DNA of 57,098 nucleotides, taken from contig NC_068988.1 in NCBI RefSeq assembly GCF_001194135.2, positions 8,071,744 to 8,128,841 of the forward strand. Reading direction: 5' to 3'. Positions 1 through 13,494 of this stretch are shown here, in pieces. The first letter of the stretch is position 1. Every line of letters begins with the position of its first letter. A program made the translations under genes and the position numbers. The notes below the pieces were generated by a model, which searched no databases, was not told the origin of the DNA, and was given only the letters and a program-made list of their open reading frames with translations. This stretch comes from Octopus bimaculoides. Its lineage: Eukaryota.

Positions 1-53
1 GAGAAGGGGAGAGAGGAGAAGAAGAAGAAGAAGAAGAAGAAGAAGAAGAGGAA

Positions 54-84
<31 letters not shown>

Positions 85-108
85 AAGAAGAAGAAGAAGA
101 AGAAGAAG

Positions 109-141
<33 letters not shown>

Positions 142-180
142 AACAACAACAGCAGCAGCAACAGCAACGACCACGACCAC
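1..180. repeat. Compound trinucleotide microsatellite (GAA)n-(CAA)n-(CAG/CAC)n
   Basis: Directly visible repeat units. Confidence 0.95.
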
Positions 181-489
181 GACAACACCAACTCTACTTG
201 GGATCCTGGAAGCTTCGGAAGCAATGCCAAAAGGCTCTCTTAAGCAGCAGAGTCAAATACCAGGAAACCAAAGTATTAGAACTGCAGAACTAAACTATTC
301 CTCTCGTGACTGCTGGCTGCATTATCAGCCCGATAATGCCTGATTCTCTTAGAACTGCTTCAAAACTGAAATATTACAAATTTAACACCAGTTCGGTTCT
401 CAGATTCTAAGTTCATTTCTCTGGAGCCTCTGGTTAACACTTGGAACAGTTTGGGCAGCACAGAGCAACAGCAACGTAAGTAATAGTGT

Positions 490-793
490 TTGTCATCCCA
501 TTAGTTCACTTAAGGGCACTCGGAGCCCTAACAACCAGGTTCAAGAAATATATCAGAGAAATCGGAATTGACTTGAAAGCAAAGCAATTCCCCAAAAAAC
601 TGTTCTGCTGGGGACAGCTAGGATTTTGAGATTGGTACTTGGATGTAGAATGTCTCTCACGATAATTAACAGCCAAGTATCAAAGCTTATAATGTGTGGA
701 ATGAGACCCTGTGATACCTCTGACAACAGGCTACAGTCTGCTCTCACAGAATCAACCAGAGCAAACAATACCGAGCGCTCTGGGAAGTCAAAC
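490..793 (+). mobile_element. R4/Dong-like non-LTR retrotransposon 3' fragment (RLE C-terminus + 3'UTR)
   Basis: Frameshifted translation VIPLVHLRALGALTTRFKKYIREIGID...KTVLLGTARILRLVLG matches the IP(I/V)xxGALG...K(T/A)xLLGTAxILR C-terminal motif also seen at 8.6 and 19.2 kb; followed directly by (AAT)n. Confidence 0.75.

Positions 794-854
<61 letters not shown>
794..854 (+). repeat. (AAT)n microsatellite
   Basis: About 20 perfect units. Confidence 0.95.
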
Positions 855-1417
855 TTTTTAAAAAAGGATTGACGTAACTCTTCACGAAGGTAAATAGTCA
901 AGACGAAGAGTGCGATTTTAGATGTTTTATTTTTTGAACAATATTTCGACAGAACGTCTGTCTTTCTCAAGTTCAAACCAAAAGGTGATTGAAAATTCAA
1001 AATTTCAGAAACCAAACGTAAACTATGAACGTGAGTAACCAGTGTCCATACGTTGATGGNNNNNNNNNNNNNNNNNNNNNNNNNNNNNNNNNNNNNNNNN
1101 NNNNNNNNNNNNNNNNNNNNNNNNNNNNNNNNNNNNNNNNNNNNNNNNNNNNNNNNNNNNNNNNNNNNNNNNNNNNNNNNNNNNNNNNNNNNNNNNNNNN
1201 NNNNNNNNNNNNNNNNNNNNNNNNNNNNNNNNNNNNNNNNNNNNNNNNNNNNNNNNNNNNNNNNNNNNNNNNNNNNNNNNNNNNNNNNNNNNNNNNNNNN
1301 NNNNNNNNNNNNNNNNNNNNNNNNNNNNNNNNNNNNNNNNNNNNNNNNNNNNNNNNNNNNNNNNNNNNNNNNNNNNNNNNNNNNNNNNNNNNNNNNNNNN
1401 NNNNNNNNNNNNNNNNT

Positions 1418-1912
1418 TATCATGTACATTGTTTTGTCTTGGTATAAAAAGATAGGCTACAGCAAATATTCTGCTCAATACCACAGATTTGCTTGTAACA
1501 AGATTGACCATAACCAGTTGAGCATGTCCCTTGGTGGCTGACGATATGTGCATCTCTGATTACGAGCAGAAGTAGTGGGGGGGGGGCATCATAGCCATGC
1601 GTTGAGAAGAATTCTTTTGAGGTTGGGATAATCCTCCTCTGGAAACATGGGTGTTCCTTCATCTTTCTTAAACAAACCTTATTCAGGGACCTTTTGAACG
1701 GAATGGGCTACTCGACCTGAAGAAAATTCTAACTGGGTCCCACCTGCAAGGTCATGCACTGTTTATATTGATATGAGATCACCATGTCACGCACATATGG
1801 TTGTGATGCATGTGCCTGGTGTCCTCATATCAAACAAACGGGTAGTCACAATTGGTTCTATTCGGCTGAGTATACCTGTAACATTGGTGGTATGCGCTAT
1901 TCTCTCACACAG
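1418..1912 (+). mobile_element. Non-coding interspersed repeat family D (full length about 565 bp), (TAA)n-associated; this copy cut by a gap
   Basis: Aligns by eye with 34173-34736 (reverse complement) and 20721-20890; ends in an AAT-like tract. Confidence 0.85.
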
Positions 1913-1930
1913 TAATAACAATAATGATAA

Positions 1931-2146
1931 TCCTTTCTACTAAAGGCACAAGGCTTGAAATTTTAGGGCAAGGACTTGTCGATTCCAACGATCCCAGTCT
2001 TTCACTGGTACTTAATTTATCGATAGCGAAAAGATGGAAGAGAAAGTCAACTTCAGCGGAATTTGAACTCTGATCGTAAAAACAGGCGAAATGCCGCAAA
2101 ACATTTCGCCCGGCGTGGCTAACGGTTTTGCCAGCTCGTCGCCTTA
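1931..2146 (-). mobile_element. tRNA-derived SINE family A copy
   Basis: Head GCGAGCTGGCAAAACCGTTAGC, B-box-like GAGTTCAAATTCC, body ...GATAAATTAAGTACCAGT shared with more than 15 copies in the window. Confidence 0.85.
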
Positions 2147-2178
2147 TCAACAACAACAACAACAACAACAACAATAGC

Positions 2179-2216
<38 letters not shown>

Positions 2217-3605
2217 TAATATTAATAATGATAATAATAATAGTTATAGGATTGAGGTAACGCTTCCAGAAGATATAGAAGCAAAAAAAAAAAAGAGATA
2301 AGAGTACCATTGTCATCAAGTGAACGATATTTCAACATCTCGTGTGTCTTCCACGGGNNNNNNNNNNNNNNNNNNNNNNNNNNNNNNNNNNNNNNNNNNN
2401 NNNNNNNNNNNNNNNNNNNNNNNNNNNNNNNNNNNNNNNNNNNNNNNNNNNNNNNNNNNNNNNNNNNNNNNNNNNNNNNNNNNNNNNNNNNNNNNNNNNN
2501 NNNNNNNNNNNNNNNNNNNNNNNNNNNNNNNNNNNNNNNNNNNNNNNNNNNNNNNNNNNNNNNNNNNNNNNNNNNNNNNNNNNNNNNNNNNNNNNNNNNN
2601 NNNNNNNNNNNNNNNNNNNNNNNNNNNNNNNNNNNNNNNNNNNNNNNNNNNNNNNNNNNNNNNNNNNNNNNNNNNNNNNNNNNNNNNNNNNNNNNNNNNN
2701 NNNNNNNNNNNNNNNNNNNNNNNNNNNNNNNNNNNNNNNNNNNNNNNNNNNNNNNNNNNNNNNNNNNNNNNNNNNNNNNNNNNNNNNNNNNNNNNNNNNN
2801 NNNNNNNNNNNNNNNNNNNNNNNNNNNNNNNNNNNNNNNNNNNNNNNNNNNNNNNNNNNNNNNNNNNNNNNNNNNNNNNNNNNNNNNNNNNNNNNNNNNN
2901 NNNNTAATAAGAGTGAAAAGACTACAGAAGGCTTGTGTTACATGGTTAAAGTATATATTTAAATTATGTCAGAAAAATGTTAGAAAAATGTTATAAAATC
3001 TTTTTGGTATATAAACATTGTATTTTGAGAAATAACCGGTTTCGTGTTGTCTTTTCAAATTTCTCTACTTCATTGTAACGTGTTTGCTCCAGTATATATA
3101 TATATCAGGTGAAATCAAATCAAATAAACAAACACAAGATTCCACGAGAGATCTTAATTCCAAATTTCATCTCGAATGTCTTAACTAAATCCACTATCTG
3201 TTTGCACTAAAAAATTCTATTTGATCTACATTCTCTGTAAACAGCATTCAAGTCATCTATAAATAGAAAAATTGATTGGTTTTAATGCTACTCGCTTTTA
3301 TAACCCTTTCCTTCTTTTATTTCCATTCCCTCACCATTCGCTACGATAATTTTGCCGGTATCACTTAACAGTTTGCATTATAGAAACTAAAGTAAGAGGT
3401 GGTAATCTTATTCCGTCAACGTGGAATACTATTCAGTTCGTATGTGTGTTTATATTCCTTTATTCGGTTATTCATGTACCGGATTCAGTCATTAAACTTG
3501 CAGCCATGTTGGGAAAGTGTCTTGAAGTGTTTAGTCAAATAAACTGATCCTAATGTTTGTTTGTCTTTCTTTTTTTTTTGTTGTCTTTTATTGAAGTGTA
3601 CTATT

Positions 3606-3809
3606 CACGAGTGTGTGTGGTGAAAAGTTCCTGGCTTTGAGTAAAAGAAAATACAGGAGGATCAGTTAATTAAAATTTGACTCAACATATCCCATCTCAA
3701 ATTCACATACAGCAGTCCTTCAGTTTTTCTAAGCCCTATAAAAGAACTCGAAATGTTTGGTCTCCTTTCATGCCTTTCGCGATACCCTCAAATCTAGGAA
3801 TTTTAAAGC
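3606..3809. mobile_element. Tc1/mariner-type MITE (truncated by gap)
   Basis: TIR-like CACGAG..GTGAAAAGTTCCTGGCTTT; internal sequence is the reverse complement of 36478-36641. Confidence 0.7.
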
Positions 3810-4344
3810 NNNNNNNNNNNNNNNNNNNNNNNNNNNNNNNNNNNNNNNNNNNNNNNNNNNNNNNNNNNNNNNNNNNNNNNNNNNNNNNNNNNNNNNNNNN
3901 NNNNNNNNNNNNNNNNNNNNNNNNNNNNNNNNNNNNNNNNNNNNNNNNNNNNNNNNNNNNNNNNNNNNNNNNNNNNNNNNNNNNNNNNNNNNNNNNNNNN
4001 NNNNNNNNNNNNNNNNNNNNNNNNNNNNNNNNNNNNGATCTTACCAATCGGGGTAGGAGTACAACGGAATGTTAGGTAATAATCGATTATATAACCTTAC
4101 GCTCATCAGAGGAAGCCGATATGGATATATATACATATGTGTGTGTGTGTGTGTGTGTGTGGCTGTGTGTGTGTATGTGTGTGTGCATGCATATATATGT
4201 GTGTATGCATGCATATAAAAATATGTATGTATGCATATATATATATGCATGTATGTATATATATATATAGAGAGAGAGAGAGGAAGACAGACAGACAGAT
4301 AAACAGGCAGACCGACGGACGGACGGACAGACAGACAGACAGAC

Positions 4345-4395
<51 letters not shown>

Positions 4396-4634
4396 CGCTG
4401 ACGTAATACCGATATAAGCCTTAGGCATACATCTTGACGCACTGTTACAAGGCTGAACATTGGAGCACCGGGTTCAATCCATGACGGGCTTCCCTGTTTT
4501 TCGCCAAGGTCTCTGGCAGACCCATGGTGATGTAAATAACATACGCTTTTGATGCTGCGCCGTGAGACGGAGACTAGAACATCGTGATTGAGAAGTAAGC
4601 CGCCTAACTGTTCAATATCTGCGTGTGTGTGTGT

Positions 4635-4672
<38 letters not shown>

Positions 4673-5936
4673 NNNNNNNNNNNNNNNNNNNNNNNNNNNN
4701 NNNNNNNNNNNNNNNNNNNNNNNNNNNNNNNNNNNNNNNNNNNNNNNNNNNNNNNNNNNNNNNNNNNNNNNNNNNNNNNNNNNNNNNNNNNNNNNNNNNN
4801 NNNNNNNNNNNNNNNNNNNNNNNNNNNNNNNNNNNNNNNNNNNNNNNNNNNNNNNNNNNNNNNNNNNNNNNNNNNNNNNNNNNNNNNNNNNNNNNNNNNN
4901 NNNNNNNNNNNNNNNNNNNNNNNNNNNNNNNNNNNNNNNNNNNNNNNNNNNNNNNNNNNNNNNNNNNNNNNNNNNNNNNNNNNNNNNNNNNNNNNNNNNN
5001 NNNNNNNNNNNNNNNNNNNNNNNNNNNNNNNNNNNNNNNNNNNNNNNNNNNNNNNNNNNNNNNNNNNNNNNNNNNNNNNNNNNNNNNNNNNNNNNNNNNN
5101 NNNNNNNNNNNNNNNNNNNNNNNNNNNNNNNNNNNNNNNNNNNNNNNNNNNNNNNNNNNNNNNNNNNNNNNNNNNNNNNNNNNNNNNNNNNNNNNNNNNN
5201 NNNNNNNNNNNNNNNNNNNNNNNNNNNNNNNNNNNNNNNNNNNNNNNNNNNNNNNNNNNNNNNNNNNNNNNNNNNNNNNNNNNNNNNNNNNNNNNNNNNN
5301 NNNNNNNNNNNNNNNNNNNNNNNNNNNNNNNNNNNNNNNNNNNNNNNNNNNNNNNNNNNNNNNNNNNNNNNNNNNNNNNNNNNNNNNNNNNNNNNNNNNA
5401 TACACACACACACACATACATATCTTCATCGGTTAATTGCAAACATTGAAGGCACACAGGATCGTGTCGGATACGTCACTATAAGATATTTGATAACATA
5501 CGTCACCGTCATCATATTTACCTTCATTCCTCTATTCCTATATTCTGTTGATTAAATATTCTTATTTGGTTTCAACCTGTTATCTGAATATTGAATTATT
5601 ATCTTAATGTTTACATAATATTTCAGTCAAATATTCTTGTTGTTTTCTTATTGTTTCTCGTCAAACGTCAAAATATTATATTTTTTGTTGTCTTCTGTAT
5701 TGAGTTTCCGATAACCTTCCATTTTAATAACTTATCGCCACCGTTCTCGTGACTTTCGAAAGTGTTTTTATTATTGTTGTTTATGTTCTTCTTGTTGTTC
5801 TCCTTATTGTTAAACTCCAACTCAGCCCTGATCTATTCTCGATTAAACTGATTCCGACCGGGACCTTCCTGTCTTATTCATTTATGACTATATTATCTAA
5901 TGTGCTCTACGTTTTCAGTTAAGACTTGACTGTCAT

Positions 5937-6173
5937 TTCTTATTTCTTTACTGCCCACAAGGGGCTACACACAGAGGGGACAAACAAGGACAGACAAACG
6001 GATTAAGTCGATTACATCGACCCCAGTGCGTAACTGGTACTTAATTTATCGACCTCGAAAGGATGAAAGGCAAAGTCGACCTCGGCGGAATTTGAACTCA
6101 GAACGTAACGGCAGACGAAATACCGTTAAGCATTTCGCCCGGCGTGCTAACGTTTCTGCTAGCTCGCTGCCTT
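5937..6173 (-). mobile_element. SINE family A, near full length (TTTGTCTGTCC tail variant)
   Basis: Near-identical to 33370-33571 and 55401-55622. Confidence 0.9.
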
Positions 6174-6471
6174 GACTATACTTTCTAGCAGGTCGAAGGA
6201 CTCAGTAAAGCATCTTTTCTTGGCTCCATAATTGTGGTTCCTTTCAAGGAAAATTTGGCTATTATTTCTAGCCGGTCGAGAGACTATGATCTCTTGTTCG
6301 TTCCATCATAGTAGCTGTTATTGCTGTTGCAATTTTTATTGTTTCCGGCTCTTTACGTTCAGAGTTCAATTCACACCAAACCTAAGTTTGCCTTTCATTC
6401 TTTCGAGGGTGGCAGTCGATAAATTTAAGTACTTACCAATGCAGTACTGTGGACGATAAACTAAAGTACCA

Positions 6472-6756
6472 GTCTAGTCCTGGCGCTCCGACGGTTACGA
6501 CGACGAGGTTTCCGGTTAATCCAGTCAACGGAACAGTCTCCTCGTGAAACTATCGTGCAAGTGGCTGAGTACTCCACAGACACACCTACACTTAAAGTAG
6601 TTCTCAGGGAGGTTCAGCATGACAAAGAATGTGACAAGGCTGGCCCCTTTTTAAATACAAGTACACTTCATTTTCGCCAGCCGAGTGGACTGGATCAATG
6701 TGAAATAAAGTGTCTTGCTCAAGGACACAACGTACCACCAGGAATCGAACTCACGA
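6472..6756 (-). mobile_element. tRNA-derived SINE family B
   Basis: Minus strand B-box GAGTTCGATTCC followed by CORE-like TTGTGTCCTTGAGCAAGACACTTT. Confidence 0.65.
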
Positions 6757-8221
6757 GGAGGAGTAATATTAATAAGAGGAGGAGTAATATTTATAGCAAA
6801 GTTGGACGTTATGTAACTTTACAAGAGGAGGAGAAAACGATAACAACAGCGGATCTGTAGTATCCTTCAATGGCGACTTCTTGATATTTATTTTATATAT
6901 ATATATATGTATATATATATTTGTTGCTGTTGTGTTCCCACCCACCCCCGAAAAGAGAAAGTGAAAGTAGAACTCACTAATCATTATCAATTCAGCTCTG
7001 CTGCATCATCTTCATCTCGCCTTCGAAATCGTGAAAGGTCAAATCAAAGAACAGTGAGAAAAGAGCTTTGATACTCTGTTGACCTTCCGAATCGTGAAAG
7101 ATCACATAAGTAAGCTTTTGATGAATTCATGTTCCACAGAATCTGTCTTCGCTTCTTTCATTTCCTATTGTTGTCTTTCGTTTTTGTTATTGTTTTTATT
7201 GCTTGTTGTTGTTGTTGTTGGATATTTTTATTTCATTTACCTGTTCATATATTTATTCGTTAATGTATCGTTGTTATTTCTAGATTACTTACCTGAAATT
7301 GTTGACATCTTTCATTCGTAATGAGTTTGGCTTTTTGTTAATCTATTTATCTATTTTTGTTTTGTTTTATTTTCTTATGCTTCCTAGAAAATATCTGAGG
7401 ATTGGATTCGCTATTTGATTGGCATGAAACTTTGTCTTTAACTATCATATCAAGAATAAATATCATATTTACTGTACAATTCATTTCTCTTTATATCATT
7501 CCTGTCGATCATTACTATATTTAAGCACATATATGTGTTACTCTGAAAAAGATTGAAATAAATGAAAAATCAGAAACGAACGAATTTATATGACAACCCA
7601 ATACATACATATTTTGGTTTTCAGGTAAATTGGTTTTTCTTTTCTGCTTGGCACTCCATCGTCATATGTCAGAAAAGAGGTAAAATTTATTCAAATTTCA
7701 AACACGAATAATAAAAAATGTAAAAGAGGAACAGAGCTACAAAAAGCAAAAGAAACTATGATGCAAATAGTTTCATGTTAATTCAAATGACATTAACGAA
7801 AAAGAAAACGAACGAATTTATCTGACAACCGAATACAATGAGCAAGGGAGTTAAGTATCATAAGCTCAGATGTTTGAAATTTTGTCTGGTTTGGAAACAC
7901 TAGGAGCAATACTGGTTGGTGTGGCCATTATTTCCTAATCTACTAATTATTTATATTATAATACCAGATGAACGGATATTTTCAATTCATTATATTACAC
8001 ACGTGTTATCCTACCTTATTTGTATTTAGTATGCAGAACGCTGCTGTGTGGTAATTTTCTCTCAGCCATATTATCAACGATGAGAATAATCAACGAGCTG
8101 AACACTTCCAATTACTAATGGACCTGATTAGGAATTATTGTGTTGGGAATAAGATTAAATCGATAAATCTCTTCCTTAAAATACGTAACCTTGTGGCAGC
8201 TACAAATTATTATTATTATTA

Positions 8222-8256
<35 letters not shown>

Positions 8257-8470
8257 AAGGCAGCGAGCTGGCAGAATCGTTACTGCGCCGGACAAAATGC
8301 TTAGCGGCATTTCGTCTGTCTTCACCTTCTGTATTCAAATGTCGTTGAGATTGACTTTGTCTTTCATCCTTTTGAGATCGATGAAATAGGTACCAGTCAC
8401 GCACTGGGTTCGATGCAATCGACTAGCCTCCTCCCTCACAATTTCAGATCTGTGCGTATAGTAGAAAGGA

Positions 8471-8472
<2 letters not shown>
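8257..8472 (+). mobile_element. SINE family A ((TAA)n-tailed variant)
   Basis: AAGGCAGCGAGCTGGCAGAATCG head; flanked by (TAT)n and (ATT)n. Confidence 0.85.
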
Positions 8473-8508
<36 letters not shown>

Positions 8509-8511
<3 letters not shown>

Positions 8512-8801
8512 TAGTTTTATTTTTATAACGTGCTTTCACTTCACTACCGAGCGCAGCTCTGTGCGCCTTGGGTATGTGCTGTGGTTTGCTGTGGTGCTCT
8601 TATGTTTACTGTATTGAAAGTGTTTTGCGTAGAATGTGTGCAGTGCCCAGTAGTGCAATTTTCATTATGTTATATATATTTGTAAGTCCTGGTGTTTTTG
8701 TTATGTATTTGTCTGAATATTTTTTTATTATACCTAAGGCACCTACTATGATAGGAATTGTTTCTGTTTTTAGATTCCACATTCGAGTTATCTCTATTTC
8801 C
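8509..8801 (-). mobile_element. R4/Dong-like retrotransposon 3' end
   Basis: EIEITRMWNLKTETIPIIVGALGIIKKYSDKYITKTPGLTNIYNIMKIALLGTAHILRKTLSIQ* (stop 8606-8608), about 100-bp 3'UTR, then (TAA)n; 5' side lost in gap. Confidence 0.85.
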
Positions 8802-9284
8802 ANNNNNNNNNNNNNNNNNNNNNNNNNNNNNNNNNNNNNNNNNNNNNNNNNNNNNNNNNNNNNNNNNNNNNNNNNNNNNNNNNNNNNNNNNNNNNNNNNN
8901 NNNNNNNNNNNNNNNNNNNNNNNNNNNNNNNNNNNNNNNNNNNNNNNNNNNNNNNNNNNNNNNNNNNNNNNNNNNNNNNNNNNNNNNNNNNNNNNNNNNN
9001 NNNNNNNNNNNNNNNNNNNNNNNNNNNNNNNNNNNNNNNNNNNNNNNNNNNNNNNNNNNNNNNNNNNNNNNNNNNNNNNNNNNNNNNNNNNNNNNNNNNN
9101 NNNNNNNNNNNNNNNNNNNNNNNNNNNNNNNNNNNNNNNNNNNNNNNNNNNNNNNNNNNNNNNNNNNNNNNNNNNNNNNNNNNNNNNNNNNNNNNNNNNN
9201 NNNNNNNNNNNNNNNNNNNNNNNNNNNNNNNNNNNNNNNNNNNNNNNNNNNNNNNNNNNATTATTATTATTATTATTATTATTA

Positions 9285-9351
<67 letters not shown>

Positions 9352-9367
9352 CATCATCATCATTGTG

Positions 9368-9487
9368 AAGGCAGTGGGTTGGCAGAATCGATAGCGCGCC
9401 GGTCAAAACGCTTAGAGCAGGACATAAAGACGGACGAAATGTCGCTATGCCTTTCATCGTGTTAACGATTCTGCCAGCTCGCCACTT
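9368..9487. mobile_element. Two SINE family A heads in inverted orientation
   Basis: GGTTGGCAGAATCGATAGCGCG (+) versus CGTGTTAACGATTCTGCCAGCTCGC (-). Confidence 0.7.
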
Positions 9488-9671
9488 TGATGGTTAAGTT
9501 TATTGACATCTTTTACTTGTTTCAGACATTGGACTGCGGCAATGCTGGGGCACTGCCTTGAGGGATTTACTCGAATAAATAAATAAATATAGAACAGATA
9601 ATTACAAGAATTGTCTTTCTCGGGAGATAACACTTTACGTCATAATATTATACATCTATTCTGCTGCGAAC

Positions 9672-9799
9672 GACTTTGCCTTTTGTCCTTTGGGGTTCGA
9701 CAAAACAAGTACCAGTTTAACACCGGGAGTCGATGTCATCGACTTACCACCTCCCTCGAAATTGCTGGCCTTGTGCCAAAATTTGGAACCAATATTATT
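9672..9799 (+). mobile_element. SINE family A 3' half (GAAATTGCTGGCCTTGTGCCAAA tail variant)
   Basis: GACTTTGCCTTT...AAGTACCAGT...GTCGATGTCATCGACTTA body. Confidence 0.75.
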
Positions 9800-9908
9800 C
9801 ATGTATTCCTAAACGTATGTTGTTACGAATAAACGTATGTATATTGAAGTAAGCACACACACACACACTCACAAACACATAGACACAAGCACGCACACAC
9901 ACAGAGAA

Positions 9909-9953
<45 letters not shown>

Positions 9954-10732
9954 GAGACAGACAGACAGACAGACTCCAGAAAGATGAAGTCCAATTAGAG
10001 TTTCATTGAAAAAAAAACAACTTTCCCATTGGCTGCTTTTCCTTTCGACTAGAAATAGCGCGGCAGAAACTCCATCGTGTCTGATGAGTTTTGTACAAGA
10101 CATTAATTATCCTCAAAAGGTAAGAGGTGGTGTAGACAGATGTAAGGTAAGAGGCAAAGGGGTTTACTGTGGATAGGGGACCAAATGGTGAAATTAGATA
10201 GGGGAGTGATGATGGTACAGCATCGTTTAACGTTGTAGGACTAGTACGCTGTATGTGTGTGAGGAGGAGGAGGAGGAGGAGGAGGAGGAGGGGAGAAGAA
10301 GAAGAAGAAGAAGAAGAAGAAGGCAGCGGCGGCGGTGGCGGCGACAACGATAGCTACAGCGGCGGCGGCGGCGTCGGTAGAGCATAGCATGGCGGGTGGG
10401 AAGCAAAGACCACCATCTTTGATTCAATCTGTAATTCTGCAATTACTGTTTCTTATAATCAGTCATGTATTTAGATTTGGCAGTCATCCAGAATTTGAAT
10501 TCATTTTAGGCTTTTGGTGCCAAGCAAATTCTCACAGACACACATACACACACAGGCACTGACACATGCACACGCGCGCGCGCCCACACGTACACACGCA
10601 CACACACACACACACACATACATGACACATTCATGACACATGCATATACATTCATATACATATACATTTGCATGTGTAATGCTGAATATATATATGTGGT
10701 GGGTGTATGTGTTTGTGTATGTACACACATTC

Positions 10733-10773
<41 letters not shown>

Positions 10774-10811
10774 ATAAGGATTGTACGATGGGAATGTTTT
10801 GCCAAACACCG

Positions 10812-10877
<66 letters not shown>

Positions 10878-12755
10878 ATAAGTATGTATACGTATGTATA
10901 CACGTACACACACATGCACATATACACGCACACTCACACCCATATATATATGCATCATCAGATAGGATTCTTTTTACAGAACTCACAAACATATTCAAGC
11001 ATCTTGTTTAGAAATATACGCAGATGTATCCTACAAGCGCATGCGTACTCACACTTGACACATATGCAAGCACCAGCCCACCCTAACACCAGACACACAC
11101 AGAACCAGATTATGATACGTTTTTTTCTGAGTTAGGGGGGGTGATGTTCTTTAGCTGGGGTGGTCCAGCATTAAAGGTAAACTTTAATTTTTTTTCTTTA
11201 AACCCACAAATTTCCAATACTTTCTTGAGCTGTTTTGTTGTTCTCTCAAAAAGCCGTAAGCATAATATAATCTGGTTCAACTCTCCCATAGTTTTAATGT
11301 ACGATCCGAACGTTTTACCATGGAACTCAAATACCCCATACTATTTAACCGGCAAAATTTATAAGTTAATTATGGTTGCACGACTAATATGGGGAATAAG
11401 AATATATGTAGTAGCCTCCCCAAGCCATTCAACAGGCTTTCTAAGACCTTTAATAAAACCAATAACTCGGAAACCAATATTGTAGAGAGCGTTTAGAACA
11501 ATATTTCAATCTTTCAAAACCCTGCAGCGAATATGGATGTAAGTGACAGGATTAAGTTTTGCTCCTTTATACAATTTGTTCAAAGGTAAATTCCTGACAC
11601 TAAGCCACAGTTTCAGTCCTTGCAGGCACATAACACCGTAGTTTATACATCAGAATGTGTGAAGGCATCTTCAAGAGAGGATATTAAACTAATAGCCCAC
11701 GTTTAAGCATACAGACAAAATAAACAATATAGCATTTTCATGCTGCATATGACAATCGTAATATCACATGGTTTTCCTTGCCATCACCAGCAATTGCAAC
11801 ACTATTCAAATTTCTGTTGCCTTTTTTAATAATGAAAAGTACTTCCATGTTACCAAAGCAAAAGAATATTAAAATGCAAATTCAGAACCAATCTCTAAAT
11901 ATTGACATGCAAACAATTTCATTCCTTCAAACATCAACAGGACAACCCAGAAGCACCAAGAAACGTAAACACCCGTATAAAGAGAAATCGATAAACCACA
12001 ATCTCATACAAAACAAAGCAGAAGGAATAAAAATGTAGAAACACGCTGATACTCTCCGATCAAGTGAGGTATCCATTCTACAAACTAGCACCGTCTAAAG
12101 GCTGTTCATGAAGAAGAGTATCAAACTCGGAGTAATAGAAACTTGTAAGCTGGAAACTATAGTCACGCTGCCTTTAATTCGCTATTTAGTGACTCGGCGA
12201 CGGTACTTAGTAGCACACAACAGCTGTTCCTTTCGTTATTTAAAGGAACACGACGTGTGTTCCCTTTTTTATTTAGTGGCACAGTGTGTTTACTCATTGT
12301 GACATTCAGTGGTACACTGTACCTGTTCACACACAGTTATTTTGTGGCACATTGCTTCTAGCCATTTCATTACTTAGAACCGACAAAGAAAGCGAACTGC
12401 TACAAAAAAAAAACAGATACTTATCTCTCAAAATCAAACATTAACAAATGAATTCTACATTGTAGAATAATTTCCAGGATTTGCAAAAATTTTGAATAGT
12501 CTAATCATAGCAAGAATGCTTTGATCTTGGCCTGTCTGATCAGAGCTGACTCAGTGTTAAACAACACCAGCAGCAGGAACACGATCGTTGGATTCGTGAA
12601 TCTTGTTTTCTCTGTTCATCTTAAGAATTGCATTGACGTCAAAAGCAGGATGTAGTACCAGGATAAATAAACAAATGCTATATTAATTGAAATAATTATG
12701 TCTAGCAGCCCTTTTTAAAAGAAATGTTCACAATTTTCCAGGCGAACTGACTTAT

Positions 12756-12794
<39 letters not shown>

Positions 12795-13275
12795 TCTCTC
12801 TCTCTCACACACACACACACTCTCTCTTTAAGTGTCTCCTTCCCTCTCTCTCCCTCCCTCCCTTTTCTCTCTCCTTCTCTCTCTCACACACACTGTCTTT
12901 CTCTCAGTGTCTCTCGCTTCCTTTCTCTCTCACGCACACACACTCTCTCTCTCAGTGTCTCCCTCTTCTCCCCCTGTCTCTCTCACTCTCTCTCTCCCTC
13001 TCTCTCTCTCATAATGACAGTATAATATGCGAGAAGGTGGCGTTAACAAATAAATTGATTCAAANNNNNNNNNNNNNNNNNNNNNNNNNNNNNNNNNNNN
13101 NNNNNNNNNNNNNNNNNNNNNNNNNNNNNNNNNNNNNNNNNNNNNNNNNNNNNNNNNNNNNNNNNNNNNNNNNNNNNNNNNNNNNNNNNNNNNNNNNNNN
13201 NNNNNNNNNNNNNNNNNNNNTTTTGTTTTTTTCCTAGCTAAGATGCAACACGTGTTAATCATATTTTCATAAGAT

Positions 13276-13494
13276 AAGGCAACGAACAAGCAGAACTGAT
13301 AGCAAGGCTGGGCCAAATGCTTAGCGACATTTCGCCCGTCCTTGCGTTCTGAGTTCAAATTCCGCCGAGGTCGACTTTGCCTTTCATTCTTTCGGGGGTC
13401 GATAAATTAAGTATCGGTGAAACACTGGGGTCGATCTAATCGACTACACCCTCCTCCAAAATTTCAGGCCCTGTGCCTATTGTTGAAAGGATTA
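13276..13494 (+). mobile_element. SINE family A copy
   Basis: GTTCTGAGTTCAAATTCCGCCGAGGTCGACTTTGCCTTTCA body. Confidence 0.85.

Noticed and set aside
4085-4112. Minus-strand CTGATGAGCGTAAGG as a hammerhead
   Set aside because: No GAAA or stem III downstream
7395-7436. CTGAGGA...CATGAAACTTTGTC hammerhead-like spacing
   Set aside because: Stem I does not pair and stem II is only 2 bp; could be chance
10075-10105. CTGATGAG-TTTTGTACAAGA-C as a hammerhead
   Set aside because: Core and stem II present but GAAA and stem III are absent (ATTAATT follows); at best a truncated remnant
12107-12140. CATGAAGAAGAGT-ATCAA-ACTC-GGAG
   Set aside because: Both core boxes are damaged; no stem I/III support
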